Below are positions 7,883 through 17,373 of a DNA stretch of 64,000 nt, piece by piece; positions within the stretch are counted from its first letter, which is position 1; each line of letters starts with the position of its first letter. Below the pieces are notes generated by a model. It did not search any database. It saw nothing but the letters and a program-made list of their open reading frames with translations, and had not been told where the DNA came from. This DNA is from an uncultured bacterium (lineage in GTDB: Bacteria > Vulcanimicrobiota > Xenobia > Xenobiales > Xenobiaceae), in the NCBI GenBank assembly GCA_958366945.1, contig CATXCY010000002.1, positions 66,917 to 130,916 on the forward strand. Reading direction: 5' to 3'. Made by a program: the position numbers and the translations under genes.

Positions 7883-10288
7883 ATGATTAGAAACAATAAT
7901 CCGATTGTCGCAATTTTAAGTTGCTTTATGTCAATAGCGTTGCTTTTTAGCTTAACGCTTTCTGCCAGCGCCGATCCTGGCAACTCTCGGCCAAAATCTG
8001 CTGAAGCTACAGGCGCTTCGGCTGTAGAATTGCACAACTTACGTGAACTCAGTCTGGGCTTTTGTCCGGGGCAGGCACGCGCTGTTTCTTATCGCACTGC
8101 CGCCAGAGTTACAAGTGATGAAGGCATGGTGTTTGGGCCTGGTACAGGTGAAGAAATCGGTCTTTACAATCCCGAAGGCTCAATTTGCTGCAGCCAAGGA
8201 CGCTTTTTTGTTTTTTTAGATAAACATTGGTTGACCAGTACCAATTTGTCTACCGGCAAACAAGTAGCCAAAGTGGCTATAAAGAGTGAAGACGGCCAAA
8301 TTGTTATGGTGCAAGATAGTGTTACTATTTTGCGTCAAGGCGATCTTGTGTCTGCATATCGTCAAGATACTTTACAATTGCTTTGGAAACATGATTTTTC
8401 AGATGATCTGGGATCACTTTCTGAAAATATGGCTTGTTGGCCGAATTATATTTGCCTTGTAGGTCAAGAAAAAGTTGAAGATGGCTCTTTCCGCGCCGCT
8501 CTAATCAGAGTAAGTGATGGCCAAATAGTTTGGCAAAACGTATTTAAAGGCAGCTGTTTGGGGCTAGCTGCTGCAGCAGAAAATGCTTATATAGCTATAG
8601 CTGATGGCAAAACTAAAAATAATAATTCTGTAGGCGTTGCCAAAAATGAGCATATTTTTGCCATCAATTTAGAGCGCAGAGAGATTAACTCTCTGCCTAT
8701 AACTCATTTCGCCCGTTTCTATGCCCACGGCAACCGTTTGTATCTCTTTACTGCCGAGCCATTTGAAACTGAGCTTAACTATAGGCTCTCTACCTATTCT
8801 TCTGCATTACAAAGACTTAATGAATCAGATGGCATAGTTTGTGAGTCTTTGCCTAAGTGGATCGATTTTGGTGACGATAAAGTCAGCATTCTTTGCCATG
8901 TGAGAGTTAGTTTTGGCAGTTGGAATTTCATGACTATTTCTTCCGAGGACGGTGCGCTAAGTTCTTCGGTAGTAGATAATAGAGAAATAGTGCAAGCTAT
9001 ACCTGATAAAGTCGGTACTTGGCTGTTTTTACGTGAAGAAGGAGTTCGCTATCCTGGCTTATTTTTGCTTACCGAAGATAGTTTAGTTCCCGCTGCTGAT
9101 TGCGCTATGGAATTAGCCGACAGCACTTATTTAGGATGCAATTCCGCTATTATTGGCGGTTTGCTGTATGCTTGGGGATTTGAAGATAATAACCAAAATT
9201 TGCAACTTTTTATTTTGGATTTTGACAAAAATTCTAGCTCAATTTGGACAGATAAAAGTATCAAGTCGGCCGATTTAGCTTTATATGGTTTAGCTCCAGC
9301 CATAGTAGAAAAGACCAATGATTGGCTTACCGGTGAAACTTTTAGCACTTTTAAAGTTATTAACCCCACACAAGGTGGCTTTAGCTTTACGTCCGAAAAA
9401 ATTAAAGGCGATTTTTGTAGTAGTGCGATAGGGGAGAAGGAAAATATCTATGTACTTACTTCCCAAGGAGAGTTAAACGCTCTTAGTGCCGATGGGCGCT
9501 TGATTGGCAAACCGGTGGACAATGCCTTTTTTGACTGGACTAAGTGGAACAATTTAGTTGGAGTTCTCTTTTTAACCGGTTGCATTCTATGGTTTATTGT
9601 TCAGGCTAAACGCGGTAAAAAATTATTTATTCGCAAGATTGCCGGTTTAAACGCGTTAGATGAAGCTGTCGGTCGCGCTACCGAAATGGGCAAGCCTGTT
9701 TTATATATTCCCGGCGTTGGCGAAATAGACGATACACAAACTATGGCTGCTCTATCTGTTTTGGGCCATGTTAGTAGCTGCACTGCTGAATATGATTGCC
9801 CTATTATGGTGCCCAATTGCAGTCCAGTGGTTATGTCCATGGCTCAAGACGCTGTCAGTCAAGCTTACTTAAAAGCCGGTAGGCCAGATTCATATGTGAG
9901 CGACTACATATGTTACCTGTCCGGTGAGCAATTCGGCTTTGCGGCTGGAGTTTGCGGTTTAATGGTGCGTGAAAAACCGGCGGCTGTTCTCTATATGGGT
10001 ACCTTCTTGGCTGAAGCTCTTATGTTAGCCGAGACGGGTAATTCTACAGGCGCTATTCAAATAGCCGGTACGGCCAGCGCTTCGCAATTGCCTTTCTTCG
10101 TGGCCGCTTGCGATTATACGCTTATCGGTGAAGAATTATATGCCGCTTCGGCTTACTTGTCAGATGATCCCATGCAAATAGGCTCTCTCAAAGGCCAAGA
10201 TGCTGCTAAGGCTTTAATTATGGCTTTAATTATTGTAGGGGTTATTTGTTTAAGCTTAGGTTGCGATTGGATAAATTGTTTGTGGTAG
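7883..10288 (+). CDS. Signal peptide + periplasmic PQQ/BamB-like beta-propeller + TM + conserved C-terminal domain, function unknown
   Basis: The ORF opens at 7853 (TTG); the ATG at 7883 gives MIRNNNPIVAILSCFMSIALLFSLTLSASA/DPG. Repeated xGxxxWxxxF strands are present (LLWKHDF, IVWQNVF). A TM lies near aa 570, followed by a ~220-aa domain ending in another TM. Confidence 0.6.
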   Translation: MIRNNNPIVAILSCFMSIALLFSLTLSASADPGNSRPKSAEATGASAVELHNLRELSLGFCPGQARAVSYRTAARVTSDEGMVFGPGTGEEIGLYNPEGSICCSQGRFFVFLDKHWLTSTNLSTGKQVAKVAIKSEDGQIVMVQDSVTILRQGDLVSAYRQDTLQLLWKHDFSDDLGSLSENMACWPNYICLVGQEKVEDGSFRAALIRVSDGQIVWQNVFKGSCLGLAAAAENAYIAIADGKTKNNNSVGVAKNEHIFAINLERREINSLPITHFARFYAHGNRLYLFTAEPFETELNYRLSTYSSALQRLNESDGIVCESLPKWIDFGDDKVSILCHVRVSFGSWNFMTISSEDGALSSSVVDNREIVQAIPDKVGTWLFLREEGVRYPGLFLLTEDSLVPAADCAMELADSTYLGCNSAIIGGLLYAWGFEDNNQNLQLFILDFDKNSSSIWTDKSIKSADLALYGLAPAIVEKTNDWLTGETFSTFKVINPTQGGFSFTSEKIKGDFCSSAIGEKENIYVLTSQGELNALSADGRLIGKPVDNAFFDWTKWNNLVGVLFLTGCILWFIVQAKRGKKLFIRKIAGLNALDEAVGRATEMGKPVLYIPGVGEIDDTQTMAALSVLGHVSSCTAEYDCPIMVPNCSPVVMSMAQDAVSQAYLKAGRPDSYVSDYICYLSGEQFGFAAGVCGLMVREKPAAVLYMGTFLAEALMLAETGNSTGAIQIAGTASASQLPFFVAACDYTLIGEELYAASAYLSDDPMQIGSLKGQDAAKALIMALIIVGVICLSLGCDWINCLW

Positions 10289-10327
10289 TTTTGTTTTTAA
10301 GAGTTATTTATGTGCAGAGGTTAAGTT

Positions 10328-10990
10328 ATGAAGCGTGAGATTCCTTTGCTGATTACTTCCATAGCCGGCTTGGTTATGATTGTGCAATTTTATACTTACC
10401 CACTCAATTGGTTGGGCGATCTATTCAATGATTTTTACAATATCATTTTGACTTTCGCTTTTGTGTTGGGGGCTTTAAGTCTTTTTGCCGTCAATGGCAA
10501 AAAAATACTCAGTCAGACTCCGGGATGGGGCTACAACTTAGTATTGCTTATTTCCTTGGTGGTAACTCTAGTTTGCGGATTATTTTTAGCTCCCCAAGGT
10601 AAGTTGCCTACCGATGAGGGGACAGCTTTTAGTTGGATCTTTGACAATATCTTTACTCCTTTGTCGGCAGCTACTTATAGCTTGTTGGCTTTTTATATAG
10701 CGTCAGCTTCTTTTAGAGCTTTTAGGGCGCGATCTTGGGAAGCTACCTTACTTCTGGTAACTGCTTTTATAGTTATGCTTTTTAGGGTGCCTTTGGGAGA
10801 GCACTTGTGGCACGCTTTGCCTATTGTCGGACAGTATGATATTGCCAAATTTATTGAAGATTGGCTGATGGGAGCTTTTAACGCGGCTGGCCAAAGAGCT
10901 ATTCTTTTAGGAGCTTCGGTCGGTTTAATTTCTGTATCATTAAAAATACTTTTGGGCATTGAACGCTCTTACTTGGGAGGCTCCGACTAA
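10328..10990 (+). CDS. Integral membrane protein, function unknown
   Basis: 220 aa with about 6 hydrophobic spans. Its stop overlaps the next start (TAATG at 10988-10992). Confidence 0.6.
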   Translation: MKREIPLLITSIAGLVMIVQFYTYPLNWLGDLFNDFYNIILTFAFVLGALSLFAVNGKKILSQTPGWGYNLVLLISLVVTLVCGLFLAPQGKLPTDEGTAFSWIFDNIFTPLSAATYSLLAFYIASASFRAFRARSWEATLLLVTAFIVMLFRVPLGEHLWHALPIVGQYDIAKFIEDWLMGAFNAAGQRAILLGASVGLISVSLKILLGIERSYLGGSD

Positions 10991-11829
10991 TGTTAGCCAA
11001 ATTGGCCCATTTGGATAGGCGTTGGATCTTTTTAGCTTTGGCTCTGTCCGTGGTTATACCTTTGCTTTGGCCGCCGGAATTGCCGGTTGAGCCCAGTCCT
11101 TTAAGCAAGAAATTTTACAATACTGTAGAGCAATTGCCAGAAGGCTCTTACGTCTGTTTGTCCTTTGATTATGGGCCGGGTACCAAAGTTGAGTGCCATC
11201 CTATGGCTGTAGCTATGTTGCACCACCTTTTCCGTCGCCAATGTAAAGTTGTCTGTATCGCTTTATGGCCTGAAGGTAGCTTGTTTGCTAGAGAAGCTTT
11301 GCAACAAGTGGCTCCTCAATACAATGCCCAAGACGGAATTGATTACGTAAATTTAGGCTATAAAAATGGTGGCGAAGTTGTGTTAAGAGCTATGGGCGAA
11401 AGCTTTAGTTCTATGTTTCCGGCCGATTTGGCTGGTCGACCTACCGAGAGCCTACCTATTATGCAAGAAGTTAAGGGCTGGGAAAGTTTCGCTCTGGTTT
11501 GTGATTGGTCTATGGGAAGACCCGGTTTAGCTGAATTTGTGCGTGTAGTTGTAGGACAATACCATCGTCCTTTGCTTTCTGGCACTACTGCTGTAACTAC
11601 TCCAGAAGCTTATCCATTTCTAAACTCCGGTCAGGTAATCGGCCTTTTGGGCGGTTTGCGTGGAGCCAGCGAATATGAAGTTTTGATAGGCTTAAAAGGC
11701 GGTCAGGCTACTAGAGGTATTGACGCTCAATCAATAGCCCATTTCTTCGTGGCTTTTTTAATCATTTTGGCCAATGTTATTTACTTTTCTGAACGTTGGG
11801 CCGACAAAAATAACGGCAAAAAGCTGTAG
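10990..11829 (+). CDS. Bitopic membrane protein (N- and C-terminal TM), distantly similar to the C-terminal domain of the 7883-10288 product
   Basis: 279 aa. By-eye similarity to the upstream protein: GSYVCLSFDYGPG...HPMAVAMLHHL vs GKPVLYIPGVGE...QTMAALSVLGHV, and LLSGTTAVTTPEAYPF vs QIAGTASASQLPFF. Translationally coupled to the previous gene. Confidence 0.6.
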   Translation: MLAKLAHLDRRWIFLALALSVVIPLLWPPELPVEPSPLSKKFYNTVEQLPEGSYVCLSFDYGPGTKVECHPMAVAMLHHLFRRQCKVVCIALWPEGSLFAREALQQVAPQYNAQDGIDYVNLGYKNGGEVVLRAMGESFSSMFPADLAGRPTESLPIMQEVKGWESFALVCDWSMGRPGLAEFVRVVVGQYHRPLLSGTTAVTTPEAYPFLNSGQVIGLLGGLRGASEYEVLIGLKGGQATRGIDAQSIAHFFVAFLIILANVIYFSERWADKNNGKKL

Positions 11830-11847
11830 AGAGGCTGAAAAATAGAA

Positions 11848-12495
11848 ATGGAAGCTCATTCTTTAAGCGATATGGTGGGAATGTGGATAGGCGTTTGCCT
11901 AACCATGTTTATTTTTAGCTTTCTTTACAAAGATAATCCCTTTTATAAGTTGGCAGAGCATATCTTTGTGGGCGTGTCGGCTGGCTATTGGATGTGCATA
12001 GGTTACTGGCAAGTAATTTACCCCAACTTGATTTTAAAATTGCAAGCTGGAGATTGGCGCTACCTCATAGCAGCCGCGTTAAGTATTATGCTTTTGGCGC
12101 GTGTTTGCCCAAAATATGCTTGGCTGAGTCGCTGGCCCCTGGCTTTTATGGTCGGTATTTTTGCTGGTTATAATATCGTTTATACGATGGAAGCTCAGGT
12201 TTTGCGCCAGTTGGAAGCCACAATTGTGCCTCTCTGGGGATGCGCCAGTTGGAAAGCATTTTTTATAAATTTAATTATTGTCACCGGTGTTTTGAGTGGC
12301 CTTATGTATTTTTACTTTTCCAAAGAACATAAGGGAACGCTTTGGGGAAAGACAGCTCAATTCGGTATTGGCGTTTTAATGATTTCCTTTGGAGCAGCTT
12401 TCGGATATACTGTAATGGCCAGAATCTCTCTACTTATAGGCAGAGTTATGTATATACAAGACGTTTGGCAAGCTACTGTGCGCTTTTTTAGTTAA
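11848..12495 (+). CDS. Integral membrane protein, function unknown
   Basis: 215 aa with about 6 hydrophobic spans. Lies 18 nt after the previous gene. Confidence 0.6.
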   Translation: MEAHSLSDMVGMWIGVCLTMFIFSFLYKDNPFYKLAEHIFVGVSAGYWMCIGYWQVIYPNLILKLQAGDWRYLIAAALSIMLLARVCPKYAWLSRWPLAFMVGIFAGYNIVYTMEAQVLRQLEATIVPLWGCASWKAFFINLIIVTGVLSGLMYFYFSKEHKGTLWGKTAQFGIGVLMISFGAAFGYTVMARISLLIGRVMYIQDVWQATVRFFS

Positions 12496-12553
12496 AAATT
12501 CTAGAAGAAACATAAACGAATACCTCGATAGCGAAAGAGAGGGACTGTGAGCT

Positions 12554-13717
12554 ATGGCTAACGATACTCGAAGTAGCACTTCCAATTTTGCCAACGGCAG
12601 GCGAGAGGAAGGAGAATCTTCGCCTGACAGAATGGGCAGCACTCAATTTGAGGTAAGCGACTCCGAGTTGTCGGCGGAAGACTTAGAGGCTGTGTCTTCT
12701 GGGGCTATGTTTTTCGAAACGATTGGCTATAACAGTACGGGCGGTGGTGCTGAAGTTTACAGATTGTTAGGCCAAGTGGTTAGAAAAATTGAAGGCCTGG
12801 GCGATGCTTTTATCTACTTCTTGCGCTGTTTAGTCGTGGCTATTGCTCTAATTTGTGGCTCTTGCTTTTTATATAAAAATTTCTTTTGCGTTACACGTAA
12901 CTATGACCACGATATTTTATGGATCCTGGCAATCTTATTGCTTGCTTCGATAATTTGTCTCTTCTTAAGTGTAACTTTTGCAGCTAGAACGACTTCACAA
13001 AGAGAGCAAATTGCCCAAAGATACAAAGATGGCTATGCTCGTGAAAACTTAACGTATAAAAATATCTCTTCACCTTGTAATTCACTCACTTTAAGTTTCT
13101 ACAATCATGGGCGTTTCCTATTTTCTGTAGCTGCCTATACTCTTGCTTCTGTAGTTTGCATTGGGACTCTTTTAGGCTTTTTATATGTTGGCATTCTATT
13201 TTTTAGCTCTGAATCAGCTGGCGAATTTGTAAGCTTTTTGCCTTATTTGTCAATTATTCTGGTAGTATTGATAATTGCTTTTGTGGTAGTTTGCTGGCAA
13301 AAAACTGTAGTGGGCTATTCTTTAACTTTTGATAAACAAGGTATAAAAGGCGAATATTACTATTGTAACAATACTAAGATGCGCTTTATTGATGCTTATA
13401 CTAACGTCTCTCCCAGTGAAGTTCGCTATTCCGATTTAATTAGAAGTTGTGGAGACTACATTGTGTGGGAAAATTTCCTTTGTTTTTCTTACCATAAAAA
13501 CTGCTTGGTTCTGTGGAAGAGCAATCGGCCTAAATTTAACTTTAGGACTACTATGTTGATACAATTCGATTTCTACCCAAGTATTGAAGAAGATTCAGAC
13601 CCCAGACCTTTAAGGATTTGTGGCACTGAGAATGAAATAAGCGAACTAAGGGATTTTTTATCCAGTTTTATGCCTTGTTTACCTGCATTCGGTCAGGATT
13701 GTCAGGCTATTGTTTAG
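12554..13717 (+). CDS. Membrane protein, 4 TM + C-terminal YcxB/PH-like domain (paralog 1 of 6)
   Basis: Acidic N-terminal tail and 4 hydrophobic spans. C-terminal motifs are LTFDKQGIKGE, IVWENFLCFSYHKNCLVLW and PLRICGTENEISELRDFLSSFMP. Confidence 0.7.
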   Translation: MANDTRSSTSNFANGRREEGESSPDRMGSTQFEVSDSELSAEDLEAVSSGAMFFETIGYNSTGGGAEVYRLLGQVVRKIEGLGDAFIYFLRCLVVAIALICGSCFLYKNFFCVTRNYDHDILWILAILLLASIICLFLSVTFAARTTSQREQIAQRYKDGYARENLTYKNISSPCNSLTLSFYNHGRFLFSVAAYTLASVVCIGTLLGFLYVGILFFSSESAGEFVSFLPYLSIILVVLIIAFVVVCWQKTVVGYSLTFDKQGIKGEYYYCNNTKMRFIDAYTNVSPSEVRYSDLIRSCGDYIVWENFLCFSYHKNCLVLWKSNRPKFNFRTTMLIQFDFYPSIEEDSDPRPLRICGTENEISELRDFLSSFMPCLPAFGQDCQAIV

Positions 13718-13756
13718 CTTTTTGCTCTATTGAGAAATCGAAGGAGGACCGACACT

Positions 13757-14809
13757 ATGAGTGACTATTTCCATGATGATGAATTGGAAGAACTCGAGCG
13801 ACAAGACGACGGTATAGATCCTTTTGAAGGTGTAAGCGAAGAGGAAAAACGGAAAGTTCTTCTTACGATAGAGCAGATGATGTTCAGTGATACTTCGCTC
13901 TATTGTTTGCGTGGTGCAGCTGTATTGCTAGATATTTTGATTTTTACTTGGGTATTTAACTCAGTAGGCGCTGCTGGTGGTTGCAAAGGTGTTGGCCCTA
14001 TGGGGGCGCTTTATCTTCTGGCTATAGTTTTTTGTTGCCTGGTCTCTTGTACAGCCTTTGAATTGAAAAATTGTAAGCAGCGAGTCGAAGAACAATTACA
14101 AGCTGAAAAAGAACAAAAAGCTGAAGCTGAATTGCAAAAGCGTTTATCTGGAATCGGCACTTTAACAATTACAGACAAGGTTGCTTCTAAGCGCGTAGCA
14201 GCACGTTTGCTACTTTATGTAGGCTCTATATTCGCTCTTTCGATTATTATATTCGGTTTGGGAATTGGCCTTACCGACAGCTTTGACAGCCTCATGCGTG
14301 ATATATGTGCCCCTGGATGGAAAAATTTCTTTGTGTTCCCTGTATCTATGGCTGTATTTATGTCCATGGGGCCGATTTGTTTAGTTGTATTCGCTTGGCA
14401 AGGATCATGTTTAACTTTCAATAAATCTGGTATTAGCGGCGAAGTCTACAACGCTTTTCAAAAGGCTGAAAATGTAATTGACTATTGTGCCGAAAAAAAC
14501 AGAAAAACTGGCCATATTATTAAACGTTACTACGATATAGATATTGAATCCCAACCCAATTGTATAAAATGGACCAATTTTAAATGTTTCTCAGTGCATC
14601 GCAATTGCATAGTGCTTTGGCAAAAAGAACATATGCAAGCCAGTTTTCTGGCTAAATTGTATGTTAAGCTCGGCTGGAATCTTTGCCTCAATCAGTACCC
14701 ATTGAGAATTTTAGGTACGCCTGCTGAACTATCCGAGCTTAAGCATATGCTAGGTCAAATTATACCTAGCTGTTGCAATTTTTTACCTGGAGAAAAAGCC
14801 ATTCTTTAG
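13757..14809 (+). CDS. Membrane protein, 4 TM + C-terminal YcxB/PH-like domain (paralog 2 of 6)
   Basis: The ORF opens at 13730 (TTG). The ATG at 13757 has AAGGAGG (13741-13747) upstream. Motifs are LTFNKSGISGE, IKWTNFKCFSVHRNCIVLW and PLRILGTPAELSELKHML. Confidence 0.7.
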   Translation: MSDYFHDDELEELERQDDGIDPFEGVSEEEKRKVLLTIEQMMFSDTSLYCLRGAAVLLDILIFTWVFNSVGAAGGCKGVGPMGALYLLAIVFCCLVSCTAFELKNCKQRVEEQLQAEKEQKAEAELQKRLSGIGTLTITDKVASKRVAARLLLYVGSIFALSIIIFGLGIGLTDSFDSLMRDICAPGWKNFFVFPVSMAVFMSMGPICLVVFAWQGSCLTFNKSGISGEVYNAFQKAENVIDYCAEKNRKTGHIIKRYYDIDIESQPNCIKWTNFKCFSVHRNCIVLWQKEHMQASFLAKLYVKLGWNLCLNQYPLRILGTPAELSELKHMLGQIIPSCCNFLPGEKAIL

Positions 14810-14933
14810 GAGAAAGAAGTTCGCTAAGCTGCCACAATATAATAAATTGAGGCAAGAACTTAGTGTAAGTAACCGAAAGTTATTGCTAAATGGTGTCAAT
14901 ATCTAATGATTGTCCCTAAGGAGCGCAAAGACT

Positions 14934-15677
14934 ATGAGTGACGATTCCGGCTATCATTATGATTCTTCGGATAACGATGAATTCTCTGGCAGCAGCTTTT
15001 CTGACAATGCTTATGACACAAATCAATCTGTGGTAATAGATTATGAGTTTTCTCTGAAAAGTTTAATGGCTGTTTTGGCTTTTAAAATTGTTTATGCTCT
15101 TCTTTTCTGTATTATATTCGCTCTTATATGGCCATTCTTCTCAGAACATAAAAATGCAGAAGATTCATTCACTTTTTTCTTTTTTCTCAATCTTATTAAC
15201 CCTATGTCCTGGGCAGTGGGGGCTATTATTCCTTGCCCCTTTAGATTTATCAAACAATATCATGTGATATTCTCTTATTATGGTATAAGCGGTAGTGCTG
15301 AGAGTTGGTTGTGTGAAAAGCTTGATTTAGATAAAGCAGTTACACCTACTAGGTATATTCGCAACGGCCCTGAAACCTCTTTGCTTCCTAAATTTACTTT
15401 AAACGAAGTTGTCGATACTAAATATATCTCTTGGGAAAATTTTCACAGTTTTACTTGCCACAAAGATTGTATAATGCTATGGAGAGAAGCTGAGCCGCCC
15501 ATTAAGAAAAAATCTGCTCAATGGGCTGTGCAAACGGGCTTCAGTTTAGATGACACAATTGCTCCGCTGCGTGTTTGTTGTAATGATATAAATGAATTGC
15601 GCAAATTGCGAGATTTTTTAGCTGAGCGTTTACCTGAAGTACATACTAATTATGCTGGATTAAGAGTCATTTTTTAA
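14934..15677 (+). CDS. Membrane protein, 2 TM + C-terminal YcxB/PH-like domain (paralog 3 of 6)
   Basis: The ORF opens at 14910 (TTG). The ATG at 14934 is preceded by AAGGAG. Motifs are YYGISGS, ISWENFHSFTCHKDCIMLW and PLRVCCNDINELRKLRDFLAERLP. Confidence 0.7.
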   Translation: MSDDSGYHYDSSDNDEFSGSSFSDNAYDTNQSVVIDYEFSLKSLMAVLAFKIVYALLFCIIFALIWPFFSEHKNAEDSFTFFFFLNLINPMSWAVGAIIPCPFRFIKQYHVIFSYYGISGSAESWLCEKLDLDKAVTPTRYIRNGPETSLLPKFTLNEVVDTKYISWENFHSFTCHKDCIMLWREAEPPIKKKSAQWAVQTGFSLDDTIAPLRVCCNDINELRKLRDFLAERLPEVHTNYAGLRVIF

Positions 15678-15712
15678 CTAACTGTCGATAAGCATAGTGA
15701 AGAGGAGTTATC

Positions 15713-16378
15713 ATGGAAGATAGTTTTTATCAAGAGTCTGATAGTCTCGATTCTGTAACTGTAAATTGCAAATATAATTATGGAAAGAACTTTGAACTTA
15801 TACTTTTGTGTCTAGTTTTTTCTGTTATTGTTATCACTATTACTGGTGCATATATTTTTGCGATGATGGGAATGTGGAAAGATTTCTTCTATGCGATAGC
15901 CCATCCAATTCAAAGATGGAACGACGTGTGTATGCTCGTCTTCTTATGTGTGCTTCTTTTTGCTACTTCTCTTGTCATTTGCATAAATGGAATTGGCAGT
16001 TATACCTTGGTTTTCGATAATAATGGCATTACTGGAACTTACTCAAATTGGGCTATTAGTAACGGAGATTTCATAGACGCTATAACTGTAAAAAATAGGT
16101 ATACAAGGTATACCATTTTTGATGTTGACTATGTCGAAGGAAATAGATACATCTCTTTAGATAGTTTCAAAAGCTTTTCTCGCTACAAAGATTGTATAAT
16201 ACTCTGGCGCACTAAACATCCTCAGGATACGTTTGGAATGCGTTTTTTCTTGCGTTACAATTCCTGGGGCTTACTTCCTAAGGGCAATTGTCCCTTAAGA
16301 GTTTGCAGTAATGGATCTGATCTGGCTAATTTACAAGATTTTCTGTCTCAGCGTTTGCCGCAAGTTCAGCCTTTGTAA
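15713..16378 (+). CDS. Membrane protein, 2 TM + C-terminal YcxB/PH-like domain (paralog 4 of 6)
   Basis: Motifs are LVFDNNGITGT, ISLDSFKSFSRYKDCIILW and PLRVCSNGSDLANLQDFLSQRLP. GAGGAG lies upstream. Confidence 0.7.
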   Translation: MEDSFYQESDSLDSVTVNCKYNYGKNFELILLCLVFSVIVITITGAYIFAMMGMWKDFFYAIAHPIQRWNDVCMLVFLCVLLFATSLVICINGIGSYTLVFDNNGITGTYSNWAISNGDFIDAITVKNRYTRYTIFDVDYVEGNRYISLDSFKSFSRYKDCIILWRTKHPQDTFGMRFFLRYNSWGLLPKGNCPLRVCSNGSDLANLQDFLSQRLPQVQPL

Positions 16379-16483
16379 GCTCTAGTAAAACATAAGCAGT
16401 TTTAACTTCCTAAGCAGTAATTAAGTTTGCCTCGGTCAAATAAACAAGCTGGAACAATACTAACTTTTTAGTGGAGGCTAGCT

Positions 16484-17251
16484 ATGTTTCAAGAAATTGG
16501 AGATTATCTTAATCGCTACCAGGATGATCTGTATAGAGACAGAGCCACTGAAGTTCCTTATTCGGCTTTAGTTGTCTTTCATAAACAATATTATGGCAAG
16601 GGTTGGACTAAGTTTTTTAATTTTTGTAAACCTATTATAGTTGTGTCTGTAGTTGCAGGTTCCGTCGGTTACGCGTCTATAGTCGGCTGGGGGGTACTTT
16701 TCCATACTTTTACAGCCTGGCAATTAGTTGGAGCTATTTGTGCTTTTATAGCTTGTGTGGCTTTGGGGCTAAGCTTCGGGGATCATAAAGACACGGAGCA
16801 AACTCTCATCTTTACTGATAAAGGTTTAACTGTAGTTATTCCCGGAGATTACAGTAGTCGCGGTTTGACTACCTCGGAAAATATCTTAAAATTCTGCTTC
16901 TCGAGTAGTCGAAAAACTATCCCAGAAAAGGTAGTAAAATATCCTCCTTTTGCTTCCTCTCCGGAAGAAGAGATGGCTTGGAATAATTTCCGCAGCTATT
17001 CTGTTATTCATCACAAAAAGCGGGACAATGTCTCTATAAAATTGTGGCTAGTCGACGATCCTAAGTCGGGAAGCCAAAACGCCCGCCGTTTAAGAGAAAA
17101 ACAGCTTGACTGTGTAGAAATTTATCTGCGCGACGATGGAGGAAGATACACTGGGTATAATGATGAAAAATCTGAGTTGGATGCAACTATAAAATTCTTA
17201 AACGACAGAGTCTCATTGCCTTTGTATTCTGAAGAACAAGTAGAAGATTAG
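16484..17251 (+). CDS. Membrane protein, 2 TM + divergent C-terminal YcxB/PH-like domain (paralog 5 of 6)
   Basis: Motifs are LIFTDKGLTV, MAWNNFRSYSV, IKLW and SELDATIKFLNDRV. GGAGG lies upstream. Confidence 0.6.
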   Translation: MFQEIGDYLNRYQDDLYRDRATEVPYSALVVFHKQYYGKGWTKFFNFCKPIIVVSVVAGSVGYASIVGWGVLFHTFTAWQLVGAICAFIACVALGLSFGDHKDTEQTLIFTDKGLTVVIPGDYSSRGLTTSENILKFCFSSSRKTIPEKVVKYPPFASSPEEEMAWNNFRSYSVIHHKKRDNVSIKLWLVDDPKSGSQNARRLREKQLDCVEIYLRDDGGRYTGYNDEKSELDATIKFLNDRVSLPLYSEEQVED

Positions 17252-17315
17252 GATTTAATTGCTGCGGCAAACGGATGGGGGGCAACAAGCAAAAAGGTAT
17301 ACATGTATTCATTCT

Positions 17316-17342
17316 GAAAAGGGCGCTGGGCGCTTTTTTTAT
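17316..17342 (+). terminator. Possible weak intrinsic terminator/attenuator inside the paralog array
   Basis: In gaaaagggcgctgggcgcttttttt, a GCGC/GCGC stem is extended by G-U and A-U pairs and followed by T7. Confidence 0.4.
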
Positions 17343-17373
17343 TAGAAAATGTAACTGATTAGAGGAAAGAAAA

